Part shown: piece by piece, positions 14,301-24,386 of the stretch
How the letters are laid out: each line of letters opens with the position of its first letter
How positions within the stretch are numbered: the stretch's first letter is position 1
Source: Balanoglossus misakiensis
Taxonomy: Eukaryota > Animalia > Hemichordata
Assembly: GCA_040954595.2 (NCBI GenBank)
Contig: CM082593.2
Location: 3,179,434-3,243,433 of the forward strand
Reading direction: 5' to 3'
Length of the DNA: 64,000 nucleotides
Notes under the pieces: generated by a model
The model's input: the letters and a program-made list of their open reading frames with translations, nothing else
Databases searched by the model: none
Told to the model about the DNA's origin: nothing
Program-made: the position numbers and the translations under genes

Positions 14301-14473
14301 ACTGCGTTTTCTCTGTTGTAATCAATTTAACGCTGCGTTTTCAGTTGCTCGTATGAATCCTGAAGTAAACATGATCGGTCAAAGGCACTCACCGGTTGAG
14401 GTTCTTCAACAGTAACGTCGTCACAATCTTCAATTGCGTGGCCATTCGTCATTGAATTTGTTACACGGGACAT
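5327..14473 (-). CDS. ChAT: Choline O-acetyltransferase, 14 coding exons, 661 aa
   Basis: Coding exons: 14473-14393, 12264-12070, 9385-9267, 9151-9098, 8853-8673, 8388-8211, 8094-7898, 7699-7599, 7433-7299, 7182-7060, 6942-6804, 6638-6576, 6174-6037, 5608-5327. All GT-AG and phase-consistent; total 1986 nt. Choline/carnitine acyltransferase motifs: [27 protein letters not shown], catalytic His in [47 protein letters not shown]. The GRVDNIR (VDN) triad marks choline rather than carnitine specificity. The first coding exon (MSRVTNSM...) is less certain than exons 2-14. Confidence 0.96.
11438..11952. repeat. Compound microsatellite (TATG)n-(CATG)17-(TATG)n-(GATG)n in a ChAT intron
   Basis: Directly visible; CATG block at 11613-11680, GATG tail from 11897. 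It explains the MYVC/HTYI ORFs. Confidence 0.98.
13901..13951 (-). CDS. ChAT: Candidate alternative first coding exon of ChAT ([17 protein letters not shown])
   Basis: ATG at 13951 (tgaATGG), 17 open codons, then a perfect phase-0 donor CTT|gtaagt at 13900, compatible with the phase-0 acceptor at 12264. Possible acceptor tttcccttgaaacag at 14045. Confidence 0.4.
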
Positions 14474-14585
14474 TTATGTTCTTTTTGTCCGCTCTTCGTC
14501 AGACGACGGGGCAAAGTGGTGGTTTCGGTTTTGTCCGGTAGCGTTTGTTGTCTGCTTCGTCCAGCACCATCCGCTGGTATGCGCT
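14474..14585 (-). other. 5'UTR part of the ChAT exon 14585-14393, containing a 23-codon uORF (14570-14499)
   Basis: Acceptor atttattttccag|AGCG at 14586/14585 and donor CCG|gtgagt at 14393/14392. uORF MVLDEADNKRYRTKPKPPLCPVV*. In-frame TAA immediately before the ChAT ATG. Confidence 0.65.
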
Positions 14586-16173
14586 CTGGAAAATAAATGT
14601 GATAACCAGATAGATAAATGACTTTAATTATTAAGAATATATATGGATAGGGAATCAAAGATAAACTTGGATGGCCCACGTGTATGCAGATTAATCATCC
14701 AGGTGTTAACTGAATATGCCCCCCGTGTTTGGTCCGGTATATGTCACTGCAGTTTGTTGGTATGAAACAGTAAAGCAACACTCACTGTTGGCAACTTTTA
14801 ACTAATATCGATTCAGTCATTATGAAGTTAGCTTTATATCTCTTACATGTTCTTCAAAACAAAAATCAATTATCGGTCCACTTCTTGGATCCCCCGCAAG
14901 TAATTTATAACAAAGTAATAAACTATGATATGTTTATAATGCAAGAGCAACTCAAATTTATTTAATTAATTCAGAGAACGTAAATTAAATTCGAAATGCT
15001 AAACAACAAATGAAAGACCCTCGGTGGACAAATACATGTAGTGCATTTTGCCATGCCGCATTTAATCATTTAAGGTTTGCCTTTCTCGAACATGCCATTG
15101 TCGTTAAAAGCAAAATGATACACCCTTTTAGGAAATTGTCACTTATTTACGTCAGATTATTACATTTCCGGTAACTCAATTCTGGAATATTATTAGAAGT
15201 GCCTCTCCGCTTGCAGCTTTTAGAGCGAACACGGAGGAAATTGCAACGAAACAAAGTGGTTGTCGTATCAGAGAGGAACTATGGATGCACCCGTGGCAGG
15301 TGATTCTGAACAGGTGAACAATGATGCCCGGTGTGTGGATGTGAAACCATCCACTGAAGACCAAATTACAACTTGTACGGCATGGGCCGGGTCTGCAATG
15401 AAAGCGTTTTTAGAGCAAAGTAGAATATATTCAGGGAAGCAGAAAGACCTGTCGGGGTTAAACGGTCATCGCGGTAGATTTAATTCGGTGCGACCTGCTG
15501 CATCGCGATTTCAGTTTACGATTGCATCGACGTCTAAACTTTCGGAACATTTAAGTACTCGAGAGGTTTAGCAATTTGATGTAATCTTTTCGCTTGCTTC
15601 GGGAGAGAAGTCAGCGATGCGCGGTATGAATCATACATGAGTTCGAGTGCTCAGAACTTTCTAAATTAAGGCCGAATATCGCATTTTGTTTCTTGTATCT
15701 ATATTGAAACAAATCGTCAATTTGTGTTTTGTATCACATAGCGTGATTTTTTTCTTGCATTAAAATCCTACTGTGTTCGCCTAAAAAGATCGCACACACA
15801 GATATACCAGCGATTTCCGAATGATTACGAAATAGGAGAAGATTCCAACACAGAGATGATCAGGTTTGGGCATACACGCGCAGTTCCGATTACAACCGCA
15901 AACGTTTATCAATCTCTAAACACAGAAATTGCAGTGTCACGTGGACAGCTATCATACTCAATCTTCTGATGCCCAGAGTCGTACACAAAACACTCACATT
16001 GAAACATGGAAAGAGTTTCAAGAAAAGCAAGGAAATTATTACCACATGTAGAAAGTAAGCACTCCCTTATCTGCTGTAGAAAGGACGAGCATTTCTTCAG
16101 AATATCATCACAAAGGCAGATTTCAATTCACGTTCGTTCGTCTTGCTAGTGCACTGATTGCTGTAAATGCTGT

Positions 16174-16240
16174 AATGATTTCGCTAATTATGCAACGACC
16201 AACCACAATGATTTCGCTAATTATGCAACGACTAACCACA
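16174..16240. repeat. 33-bp tandem duplication carrying TAATTATGCA (homeodomain/POU-like site)
   Basis: AATGATTTCGCTAATTATGCAACGAC(C/T)AACCAC x2. Confidence 0.88.
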
Positions 16241-18079
16241 GGTGCACGTCTTACATAACACCACACGACGAACGTTCGCGAATAACAAGCAAAGCCGAAA
16301 GATAAACCGAAAGTCACATAACAATTTCGGTGCTTTTTTATCTAATCGCCGCCAAAGTTGTTTGATTCGTTGAATAAATGCCTGGCAATTTCGCTTTGAG
16401 AAAGTTGTGATTATGGGCTCACAGTGGGCCTACATTCAATCTCCACTGGAAGTGGGGAGAGTAAAATACAGCTGATTGGAAAAATACCAATTCATCTGCC
16501 GGTGACAGACTTTCCTTAGATTGCCTCGCAATAAAACAGGAGACCTCTGTGAACCTGCTGGCGAGCTTATCACGAGAAATGAAAACCATTTACCCGGAGA
16601 AAATAGAAGGAAGATTCATCGTGCAGTCACCAGACAGTTGTGTATACTTAAAGCATGCTCATTCCATACTTCACTTTGAACAGAATGCTCCCGTTATCAT
16701 TCATAATAAGTGTGTCTAATTGAAACTGCAGCCAGTCTACACAAACACGGTTTTGCAGTCGTAGCACACTGAGTGTATGGGTGTTTGCTCGTTGTTTCAG
16801 ACAGACGAACAGACAGACAGATAGACAGACAGACACGGACGTTGCCAAGTGTCACCGTCTCCTTGACGTCAAACTTTTGTACGTTTGCAAGGAGGGGTCT
16901 GATTGGTGCAATAAATTGACACAGCCATTACGTCTGTACCTGTAGGCTGTTGTATATTTAATAATTCTTGCGCAACATTAGACGAATGGTATTATCAACT
17001 TATTGAGAGCCTTCAGGGTTTCTTCTTTGAAATGCCGACATTAGACAAAGACTGGGCTTTCTTCCGAAGTGACACGTTGAGTGAACGGTATAACACTTGT
17101 CAGTAACCGGAAAGGGCGAATGTTTGCGAATCTCGCGGTTCTGGAGGATATATTCATAATTACAGGCTAAAATGGCGTACACTCGTTTGTATACAGAAGA
17201 ACACACTCGAGCAGCCTATATAATACTTGTAATGGTAGCTTCTCGAACCTCTGTTGGTTTTAAAAACTTACAGAAATATCAGGATTGATATGTTTGCCCT
17301 GGTGACGCTTTTCTAAGTTTGGATTCGTCGTTAAATTAATAACCCCTGAACGGAAATTAGAATGTCATCGTAAACTAGCGTACGGAGCCATTCAGAAATT
17401 TAACGAACGAAATTTACTATGTTGAAAATTCCCTTTTCTGGCCTTTTAGTTACAAATTGCATACCGCCTCTGAGATGGAGACTTTGAAGTGAACAGCGCA
17501 GGACTGCTAATTGATACGCGCATACAGGAATTTTTTAGTTCTATAATAAAAGGAATAATTCGCAGATTGATTTACTGTGTAGTTAGCGATTACAAATTAA
17601 ATCATTAAATTAGTCGAGTTAAGAGAATGAAGTGACGTCAACTCCGGCGAGATAGTCACGGTCTGTTACCGAGCATGCGTAGCGATATCGAGGCGGCTGT
17701 CAATCATTTGTGTGCTAAAATGTCGGACATCGACCCCCACTTGTACTAATACTAGACACTTCTTCTCCTTAACTAGATGGCGCTAACTTTTTCTTGAGCT
17801 ATACTTATACAACAACGTGAGAGAGAGAGCGTGAAAAAGTTTGGAAGAAGTTAAGTAGACTTTATGTATATCATTGACATTCATATACCGTTGCCTTGTC
17901 CTACAAGAATAAAGTGCACTACTTTCCAGCTGAACCTGTCACATGCCCTTCAGCAGTGGGTGATCTCTTATTTACAAGCATACATTAACCACTGACCTGC
18001 CATTGCACTTTTACTCATGTCAAAACGTCGGAACTTCAGTGGAGATCTTTCCGTAATGCTCCTGAACCACGCATCTATT

Positions 18080-18156
18080 TGTTGCGAAGAAGTACAAGAA
18101 ACCCAGTCTTCTCTCGAATCGACGATTTATTAGACCATGGATACGAACCAATACGA
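18080..18156 (-). repeat. Dispersed ~80-bp LTR-like repeat, copy 1 (truncated)
   Basis: Near-identical (about 4 substitutions) to 54790-54866. Confidence 0.85.
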
Positions 18157-19581
18157 ATTCGTGGACCCATTCAGACACAAACTATTTACATTTCTAGGTC
18201 CAAAACTTTAACTACAGTGAGACAAATCTGTTAGACTTTTTCTCATATTTAAATAAAGTATTGAAATGCAAATTAAGAAAGACGGGAGTGGTTCTTCTTT
18301 TCTCCACTATTTAGTTTGGAGGCTTATTATTCCAAACAGGTTACCGAGATATTTCCATGTAAAGTGACTTTCTAACTCTTACTGCACGGCGGAAAACTAC
18401 AAAGTTTGGCAGACGACTTGCTATGTAAGATTTGGTGGGAAATGTCAAGGTACCATTAACCTGTCAGCGAGCTCTCCTGATTGATAACATCAGTATCCGG
18501 GTCAATTGTCAGCCAATTAGTACAGTATACTGATTTGATAATCGACACCCACATTTTATCAATTTATCACGAGACTTTTTTTCTGGACTAATTGACTTCG
18601 CTTCAGGAAAATCAACATTAATCCTGACGTAAATTTTTCCTAAGGGAAAGAGAACCAACTAGTTTCCAAAAATCACGTGATTGGAGCGTGGTTGCTTCGT
18701 GTTGGGAGACCACCCAGCCGAACTTAAAGTAGTGCATGATGCTTGTCTCAAAGTATATCATACACATCCTTCAATAATCGCCGATTTGCTTGGAATGGCT
18801 TCACTCGGCGTGTTGCAATTGGAAAACCTGCACTTACTCGAAGGACGGACTATAGTGGACAAAAATGAAATTACAATTATTCGCACGACAACCCCAGTTG
18901 TACTGGTCATTTGCACACCGGCCTCATCAACGTCTTATTGATTGCATTTCCAGTCGCAATTATAGCATTTTGTGTGAAGTACGGTAACTGATTAGTCCCA
19001 AGTGTTAAAGTTAATGAATGCCATTAGCCAATCAGAACTGCGAGGCCAAGCTTTCTGCTGTATAAAATGTATATATATATTTCTTGAACTACCAAGGCCA
19101 AAACTTCGACCAACTTTCTCATAGATCAGCGCAGTTACTCTTACTGGGCCCATTCCTCTCCAAAGTCCGCTACAGTTTCAAATACTTATTCTTGTAACCA
19201 CTGAAAACGTTGAGTTTACATTTGACCTTGTATGGCAAATGTCAAGCAGATATGGTATTTTTGAGGGACGTACGGCTGCCAGTCAAAGTAAAACTGGCAA
19301 CCTTGTGTATTCCGCGTTGAAGTGTGAGCGCATCTAAAATGATCGAGTTATTATGATCATCTGTGCGGGTAAGATGAAAGTACATATGCGTCGAAATAAT
19401 TCCACTGATTCCGAATTCGATTGAAGTTTTATAGCTGACAAATGCAGGCGACCATGGGAATTAGGTTGCTACGCTAAAATTGGGGTTTCTCAAAACTGAA
19501 AGGCTAGCCAGGGCGAAATTAAATTAGGGGCTTCACTAGACAAGCAAGCAAATTTAAAGAGGTCTGTCAAATTGACATAAC

Positions 19582-19587
19582 TTTATT
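19582..19587 (-). terminator. Candidate VAChT polyadenylation signal (AATAAA), inside the inferred ChAT intron 1
   Basis: TTTATT on + strand about 1.05 kb after the VAChT stop. Additional AATAAA hexamers at 20187, 20363 and 20552. Confidence 0.5.
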
Positions 19588-20641
19588 ACAGTCCAAACCA
19601 ACAAACGTTCTATCCATTGTCAATGGAAACGATACTCAATTCACTTCCACTAGGCCAACAGAATAAATACCGAGTACACTATACATCCCATGATGTGGAG
19701 AAAAAAATGACTGATCACCTTCTAGAATGCAAATTAAAACAGTCAACAAGAAGGTGTATTAAACGGATGATAAATGAATGTTACCATGACAGCAAGATAC
19801 AGAATGTAACAGAAACCTTGATGACATATATGCAAGACCTGTCTACATTCATTGCAAAATATGAAAAAATCTATGATGTTTCTATCAGCGTAAGTGAAGG
19901 AGCGATTCTTGAAACGGAGTTACATCGGATCTGTCAGCTGAAAAGCAGAAGTATCATGAAGCGATATTTCTATTCCTATAGACGGCCGTAAAGAATAAAT
20001 AGCGTATATCAAGATAGATCAAGATAGCATCAATTGAAATGTTGAAATGAACACTTAAGTGATTGAAGCTGATACCAATCGGTCACTGCACGCGATTTAA
20101 CATTGTAAGTATATTGAAGTGACCGATCAATGCATACCGCATTCACCGTCTTAAGTCCAAGCACAGTTTGCACGCAGTTTGGTAAATTTATTTTTTAATA
20201 CTTGGAATGACGATGATAAAATTTTCAAAGAGGACGATTAGTGAAACACAGAGTAAGGGAGACAAGTTAAACATGGTATAAGTCTGAGTTGGGAGAAAGG
20301 ATTCTTGCAAGATATACATTTTTTTTACAATTCCGTTACTTTTGAAACTTTTACATACTACGTTTATTTGGACAAAGTATTCAGAAGAAATAATTACAAT
20401 TAATAGGAAATACGCACCCGAGATTTTTCATGGGATTGGCAAATTTCTGCAACTACTTTTGTGAATCAACTGCACTCTATGTTAGGAAATTTACATATCG
20501 CCATTTTGTTGTGGTTATTGCTCTTACGTCTTTCGACTTCCCCCCTCTGGTTTTATTGTTTGTAGATTTTAAAGTACTTTGGCAGACGTTTATGTTATAT
20601 TCAGTTGAATAATATCTAATGCATTGTGTGTTTGTTCTTGT

Positions 20642-22249
20642 TTACTCAGAGAGGCCGCCGTATCCGTCCTGGTGAAGGCGTCTGACGTGAACTTTGTGCC
20701 GGGGACTTGGCGAGGAATCGGCCTCCTCCTCTGAGTCGCTGGTCACGGGTTCGTTGATGGAGCCGTTCATTCTGATGACGTTGCCGCCACCCTGGTACAG
20801 TCCATCCTTCTTCTCCCGTCTCGACTCGGCGATGACGGTGCGATAGAGGCCCGTGGGTGGGTCGGTGGTCAGCAGGACCTTGTCCTCCAGCATCTGCGGC
20901 TTCAGGTCGTACACTTTTCTGAGAATGATCAACATGGGGCAGTAGGCCATGCTCAGGAGACCGATTATCACGTTCAGCCAGGTGAAGCCGATGGTGCGCA
21001 CTATCTCACCTGCCACGATGGGACCGAAGGCGTAGGCAAGCGAGTAGGAGATGTCGGCTATGGCGTAGACGGAGCCGTAGACGGACACGTGACGACAGTC
21101 GACGAGAAAGCCCAGGGTGGGTAGCAACGCGGTGTCGACTAGAGCAATTCCGAAACAGATTCCACAGAGGGGTACAATGAGAACTCCGAAGGAGGCTGAA
21201 AATGGCGTTATGATTGTAAAAAGTCCAATAATGAAGAGACCTATAAGCGCGTACAGCCACTGGTAGTGTGGGTATCTTGATGCTAGTTTGACTGTCAAAA
21301 TTACACCTAGTACATGAGGAATGAAGGCAGGGAGCCAGATAATTCCTTGCTGCCAGCTGCGTGACCCCATGGTGTCTCTCATCCACACCGATATAGTTGG
21401 CTCGATGAAGGCCAGAGACACGTTGGCCATGGCCAGCGCCCCGGCGGCTGTGGCTATGTACGGGTCGATCATTAGCCTATATATGGGCGTCCCCCTGGGC
21501 ATCTGCCACCGCTTCTCGCTGTAGGGCTTGATGACGAACAACAGCAGGAGTCCATCGCAGAGGGAGATGGTGGCCAGGATCAGGAAGGGCACCTGCTTGC
21601 CGGCGAACTGGTACAGGATGCCGCCGAACGGTGGCGCCACCAGGCAGCCGAAGGAGATGAAGGCCAGCGCGATGCCCAGCGCTCGGCTTCGCTCGCTCTC
21701 CTCTTGGAAGTTGTCGGCCACCATAGCGAGTCCCGACGTGTCGGCAAACGCGGAGCCCACGCCCTGCAGGCTGCGCGCCACAAACAGCACCGCGTACGTT
21801 TCTCCGAAGGCAAAGACGGCGGTGGCCACGAACATAAGCGAGAGCCCAATCAGCATCGGTATGTCATACCCAATTCGGTCGATCAGAGTCCCCGAAAACG
21901 GATTGGCCAGAAGTTGGACGATGGCCTTGGAAGCGAAAAGAACACCTAGCGACACGTCTTCGTTCTGATACTCGACGGTTGTTGCTGTGGGTCCCGAACC
22001 GTTAACTAGAGACCAATTAAAAGTCGTGTTTAGCTGGTAAATAGTTTCAACTGTGTCCCAAGCGTCCACTGTGCGTAGATAGTTCGGTATTATCGGTACG
22101 ATGACCATGTACAGCATATTGTCCAAGAGGAGAACAATGCATACTATTACTAGAATTATTTTGCGTTGTGTTCCTGGATTTCGCAACCTTTCAAGAAACA
22201 CCTGCCAGTACTGTGTTATACCTTCCGTGGACACTCCTAGAACCGCCAT
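20642..22249 (-). CDS. SLC18A3: Vesicular acetylcholine transporter (MFS, SLC18 family), intronless CDS, 535 aa
   Basis: Single ORF with 12-TM MFS hydropathy. SLC18 motifs [68 protein letters not shown] (conserved TM Asp residues) and C-terminal EDKVLL dileucine signal. An intronless CDS just upstream of ChAT coding exons on the same strand is diagnostic of VAChT rather than VMAT. Confidence 0.98.
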   Translation of the reverse strand: MAVLGVSTEGITQYWQVFLERLRNPGTQRKIILVIVCIVLLLDNMLYMVIVPIIPNYLRTVDAWDTVETIYQLNTTFNWSLVNGSGPTATTVEYQNEDVSLGVLFASKAIVQLLANPFSGTLIDRIGYDIPMLIGLSLMFVATAVFAFGETYAVLFVARSLQGVGSAFADTSGLAMVADNFQEESERSRALGIALAFISFGCLVAPPFGGILYQFAGKQVPFLILATISLCDGLLLLFVIKPYSEKRWQMPRGTPIYRLMIDPYIATAAGALAMANVSLAFIEPTISVWMRDTMGSRSWQQGIIWLPAFIPHVLGVILTVKLASRYPHYQWLYALIGLFIIGLFTIITPFSASFGVLIVPLCGICFGIALVDTALLPTLGFLVDCRHVSVYGSVYAIADISYSLAYAFGPIVAGEIVRTIGFTWLNVIIGLLSMAYCPMLIILRKVYDLKPQMLEDKVLLTTDPPTGLYRTVIAESRREKKDGLYQGGGNVIRMNGSINEPVTSDSEEEADSSPSPRHKVHVRRLHQDGYGGLSE

Positions 22250-22381
22250 TTTGATTCACCAAAGTTCCCTCGCTATTTTTTTTTCGAACGAGCGATTCTC
22301 GCAGGGACCCTTCTTCTATTTGCAACTCCGCACCGAGATCACTTTTCGCATCGGCTTGGACCAACAGCGGCCAGGAATTTC

Positions 22382-22411
22382 CTTCGAAGAAAAAGAAAAG
22401 TTCCAAGTCAG
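22382..22411 (-). promoter_or_regulatory. Inferred VAChT 3' splice site (branch point CTGAC, pyrimidine tract, AAG|G)
   Basis: Minus strand reads CTGACttggaacttttctttttcttcgAAG|G. The branch A is about 27 nt upstream of the junction; the exon would start at 22381, 132 nt before the ATG. Confidence 0.6.
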
Positions 22412-22541
22412 CGAGGAGGTAGTTATCTATTGGATGCGGTGGATGAACAATGTTAATGTCCGTACGTGCGCGCATCATCATCATCATCACCACCAGAAAC
22501 CAACGTCCCCCGCACGTGTGGGCTCAGTACCAACGCACACT

Positions 22542-22560
22542 CTTTTACGTCACTTCCGCT
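22542..22560 (-). promoter_or_regulatory. ETS-CRE composite element, possible VAChT-proximal internal promoter
   Basis: Minus strand AGCGGAAGTGACGTAAAAG (overlapping ETS CGGAAGT and CRE half-site TGACGT), about 300 nt upstream of the VAChT ATG; E-box CACGTG at 22513. Confidence 0.4.
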
Positions 22561-23520
22561 GATATTGCAAACGCACAGAAGCCGCATTCAAAAGGCGACA
22601 GTGCAGTGTCGTTGGGCTCAGGCTGGCGTTACGTGATCCCGCAGGAATCTTGTAATCAAGCAGATAAAACGATTTTTGAGCCGAGGAGCCTTAAATGGCT
22701 CTGGTAATAATCATCCTCTGCCGCGGTCCATTTAACTTAGGTGCTCGGAGTGCCTTGGGAATCAGGCCCTGTGATGGCCGCCAACAAACCATGTGGAAAC
22801 GACTAGTGACTCTTATACCTGTTGTAATATTGAATCATTTAAAGTGGCCTCGTAAAATTAACTCCCTACGTTTTATTATGGCTAGAGCTATAAATATAGA
22901 TAATAAAGCGTGCCCCAAACTACTACTACTTTGAGCAATGTTACTATACCGCCTAGAAGATCAATCAGAATTCTGGAGTTAGTAAACCATTGCATTGACT
23001 GTTTAAAAATAACATATATAAACCAATACAATACAAAACAGAGTGGTTACATTGAAAATGTTACTTATGCAAAGACACAGACGAGATTTTCATCACACAT
23101 CACAGAACATCAATCACCACCAGCGACTATACGTCCTGATTGGCGAAAATCTTGTCATATTTTATGACATTTGCAAACCCAAAATAAATGAGTGGGTATT
23201 ACAAGAAAATGTTAAGAAGTTTACAGTTCATTAGTAATAATTCAAACCCCGTGACTTCTCGTAGTGATTGTTTAACTCTCTCTCTCTTCACAAGAGCAAT
23301 ATAGTTAAACAACCGTGCGGTTTAATATTTCTCGAATTTTTAATCAAACAAAGTGAGTGCACATGCTATATGTGAAACACCACAAGGACAATCCACTAGG
23401 CTTTCCTCGCCTGGCATATTCAACATGTCTGGTCTGTACATGCAACCGGGGAAATAATATGAACCGGCGTTGTAGACATTTCTCGCGCATACAATATTTA
23501 AAGGACGTCAAACGACTTAC

Positions 23521-23615
23521 TTCCCGCGGAAACATGTCGCCTTCCCATCGTAATTGCTGCCTTAAACACCGGTCGCCTCAGAGGCACAGTCGTCTTGTTC
23601 ATTACCGGAATCGCT
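23521..23615 (-). other. Inferred shared first exon of the ChAT/VAChT transcription unit
   Basis: Perfect donor GAA|gtaagt at 23521/23520. The start is placed about 30 nt downstream of the TATAAAAA box (TSS approximate). A shared 5' exon is known from nematode, fly and vertebrate cholinergic loci. Confidence 0.6.
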
Positions 23616-23637
23616 GTATATTAAAACCGGGGCTGTG

Positions 23638-23645
23638 TTTTTATA
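23638..23645 (-). promoter_or_regulatory. TATA box (TATAAAAA) of the cholinergic locus
   Basis: Consensus TATAWAWR in GC-rich flanks (gcacTATAAAAAcacagcccc), about 120 nt upstream of a perfect splice donor. Confidence 0.6.
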
Positions 23646-24386
23646 GTGCGTGTGTATGTATATGCATCAAAAATAGGCGTTCTGAGGTTGGAAGAGTTTG
23701 ACTAGGATTTACATGTAACTGGAGCAATGTTATCCATGAGACAGATGACACCTCGTCAACAAAAACGAGTCTCTAAATCATGCTTTGAATGATTACTTTA
23801 TGAAAGCTGTCTATACGTTATCTTCCCGGACTACTATACTTTATGTTTTAAGTTGCTTTTTCGTGTCTTCGTTACACTGAGAGTACTAGGCAATTCGAGA
23901 ATAACCCCAGCTGAAGTTGAAAATTGCAAACCGCTTTAATTTGCATTCAGATTTCAGGCGACGAAATGTTAAAACAAACTTTATCGAGAAAACATTTGTT
24001 AAATACACCGTTATAAAGTAGGTTTGACTCTGAGTGAACTATACTTCAGCGACCTGGAAATCTGAACAAACGAATAACAGTGTGTTTTTCAAATGCATTA
24101 TGAATGTCACGAAGTTTTCTGTACCTTTGAACCCGGCTTTTTTATGAGAGCATTTCTTTTCTTCAATTAAACAATTTTCCGAGGAATTGCCCACGAGCGT
24201 AATGTCATTTCAAGAAAGGGCGTAATTGGCATTCACGGCACTTAACATCATTTGCGCGGCAAAAGGCTGCCGTGTTTTAGTTTTTCTGCCGAAGACCGAC
24301 AGACACAGAACTGCCTCTCACGTACTAGTGGAGAGAGCGAGAGAGAGAGAGGGGGGGGGGAGAATCTAAAGTAATTGGATTGTTGT

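Noticed and set aside
16043-16140. Possible extra ChAT 5' exon ending in GTG|gtaata
   Set aside because: Weak donor, no clear acceptor, and no frame joining productively to ChAT. It could still be a UTR exon but is unsupported.
19617-19991. 124-aa plus-strand ORF antisense to the VAChT 3'UTR
   Set aside because: TTG start, no recognisable domain, composition typical of an antisense AT-rich UTR.
20139-20156. Partial miR-124-like strings (GCATTCACCG here; GGCATTCACGG at ~24228)
   Set aside because: Only about 10 nt match, seed region absent, no precursor hairpin. No known conserved miRNA was recognised by eye in the window.
21006-22562. Several overlapping or antisense ORFs over VAChT
   Set aside because: Shadow ORFs of a GC-rich coding sequence. 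Only the frame ending at 22191 is retained, as part of the uORF hypothesis.
14586-23520. Long-range complementary repeat pairs flanking VAChT, as known to steer unc-17/cha-1 splicing in nematodes
   Set aside because: Only low-complexity (GA)n/(TC)n matches (17817, 23275) were seen by eye. An einverted/IntaRNA search of 14586-23520 is needed; a unique pair of 15 bp or more flanking VAChT would revive the idea.
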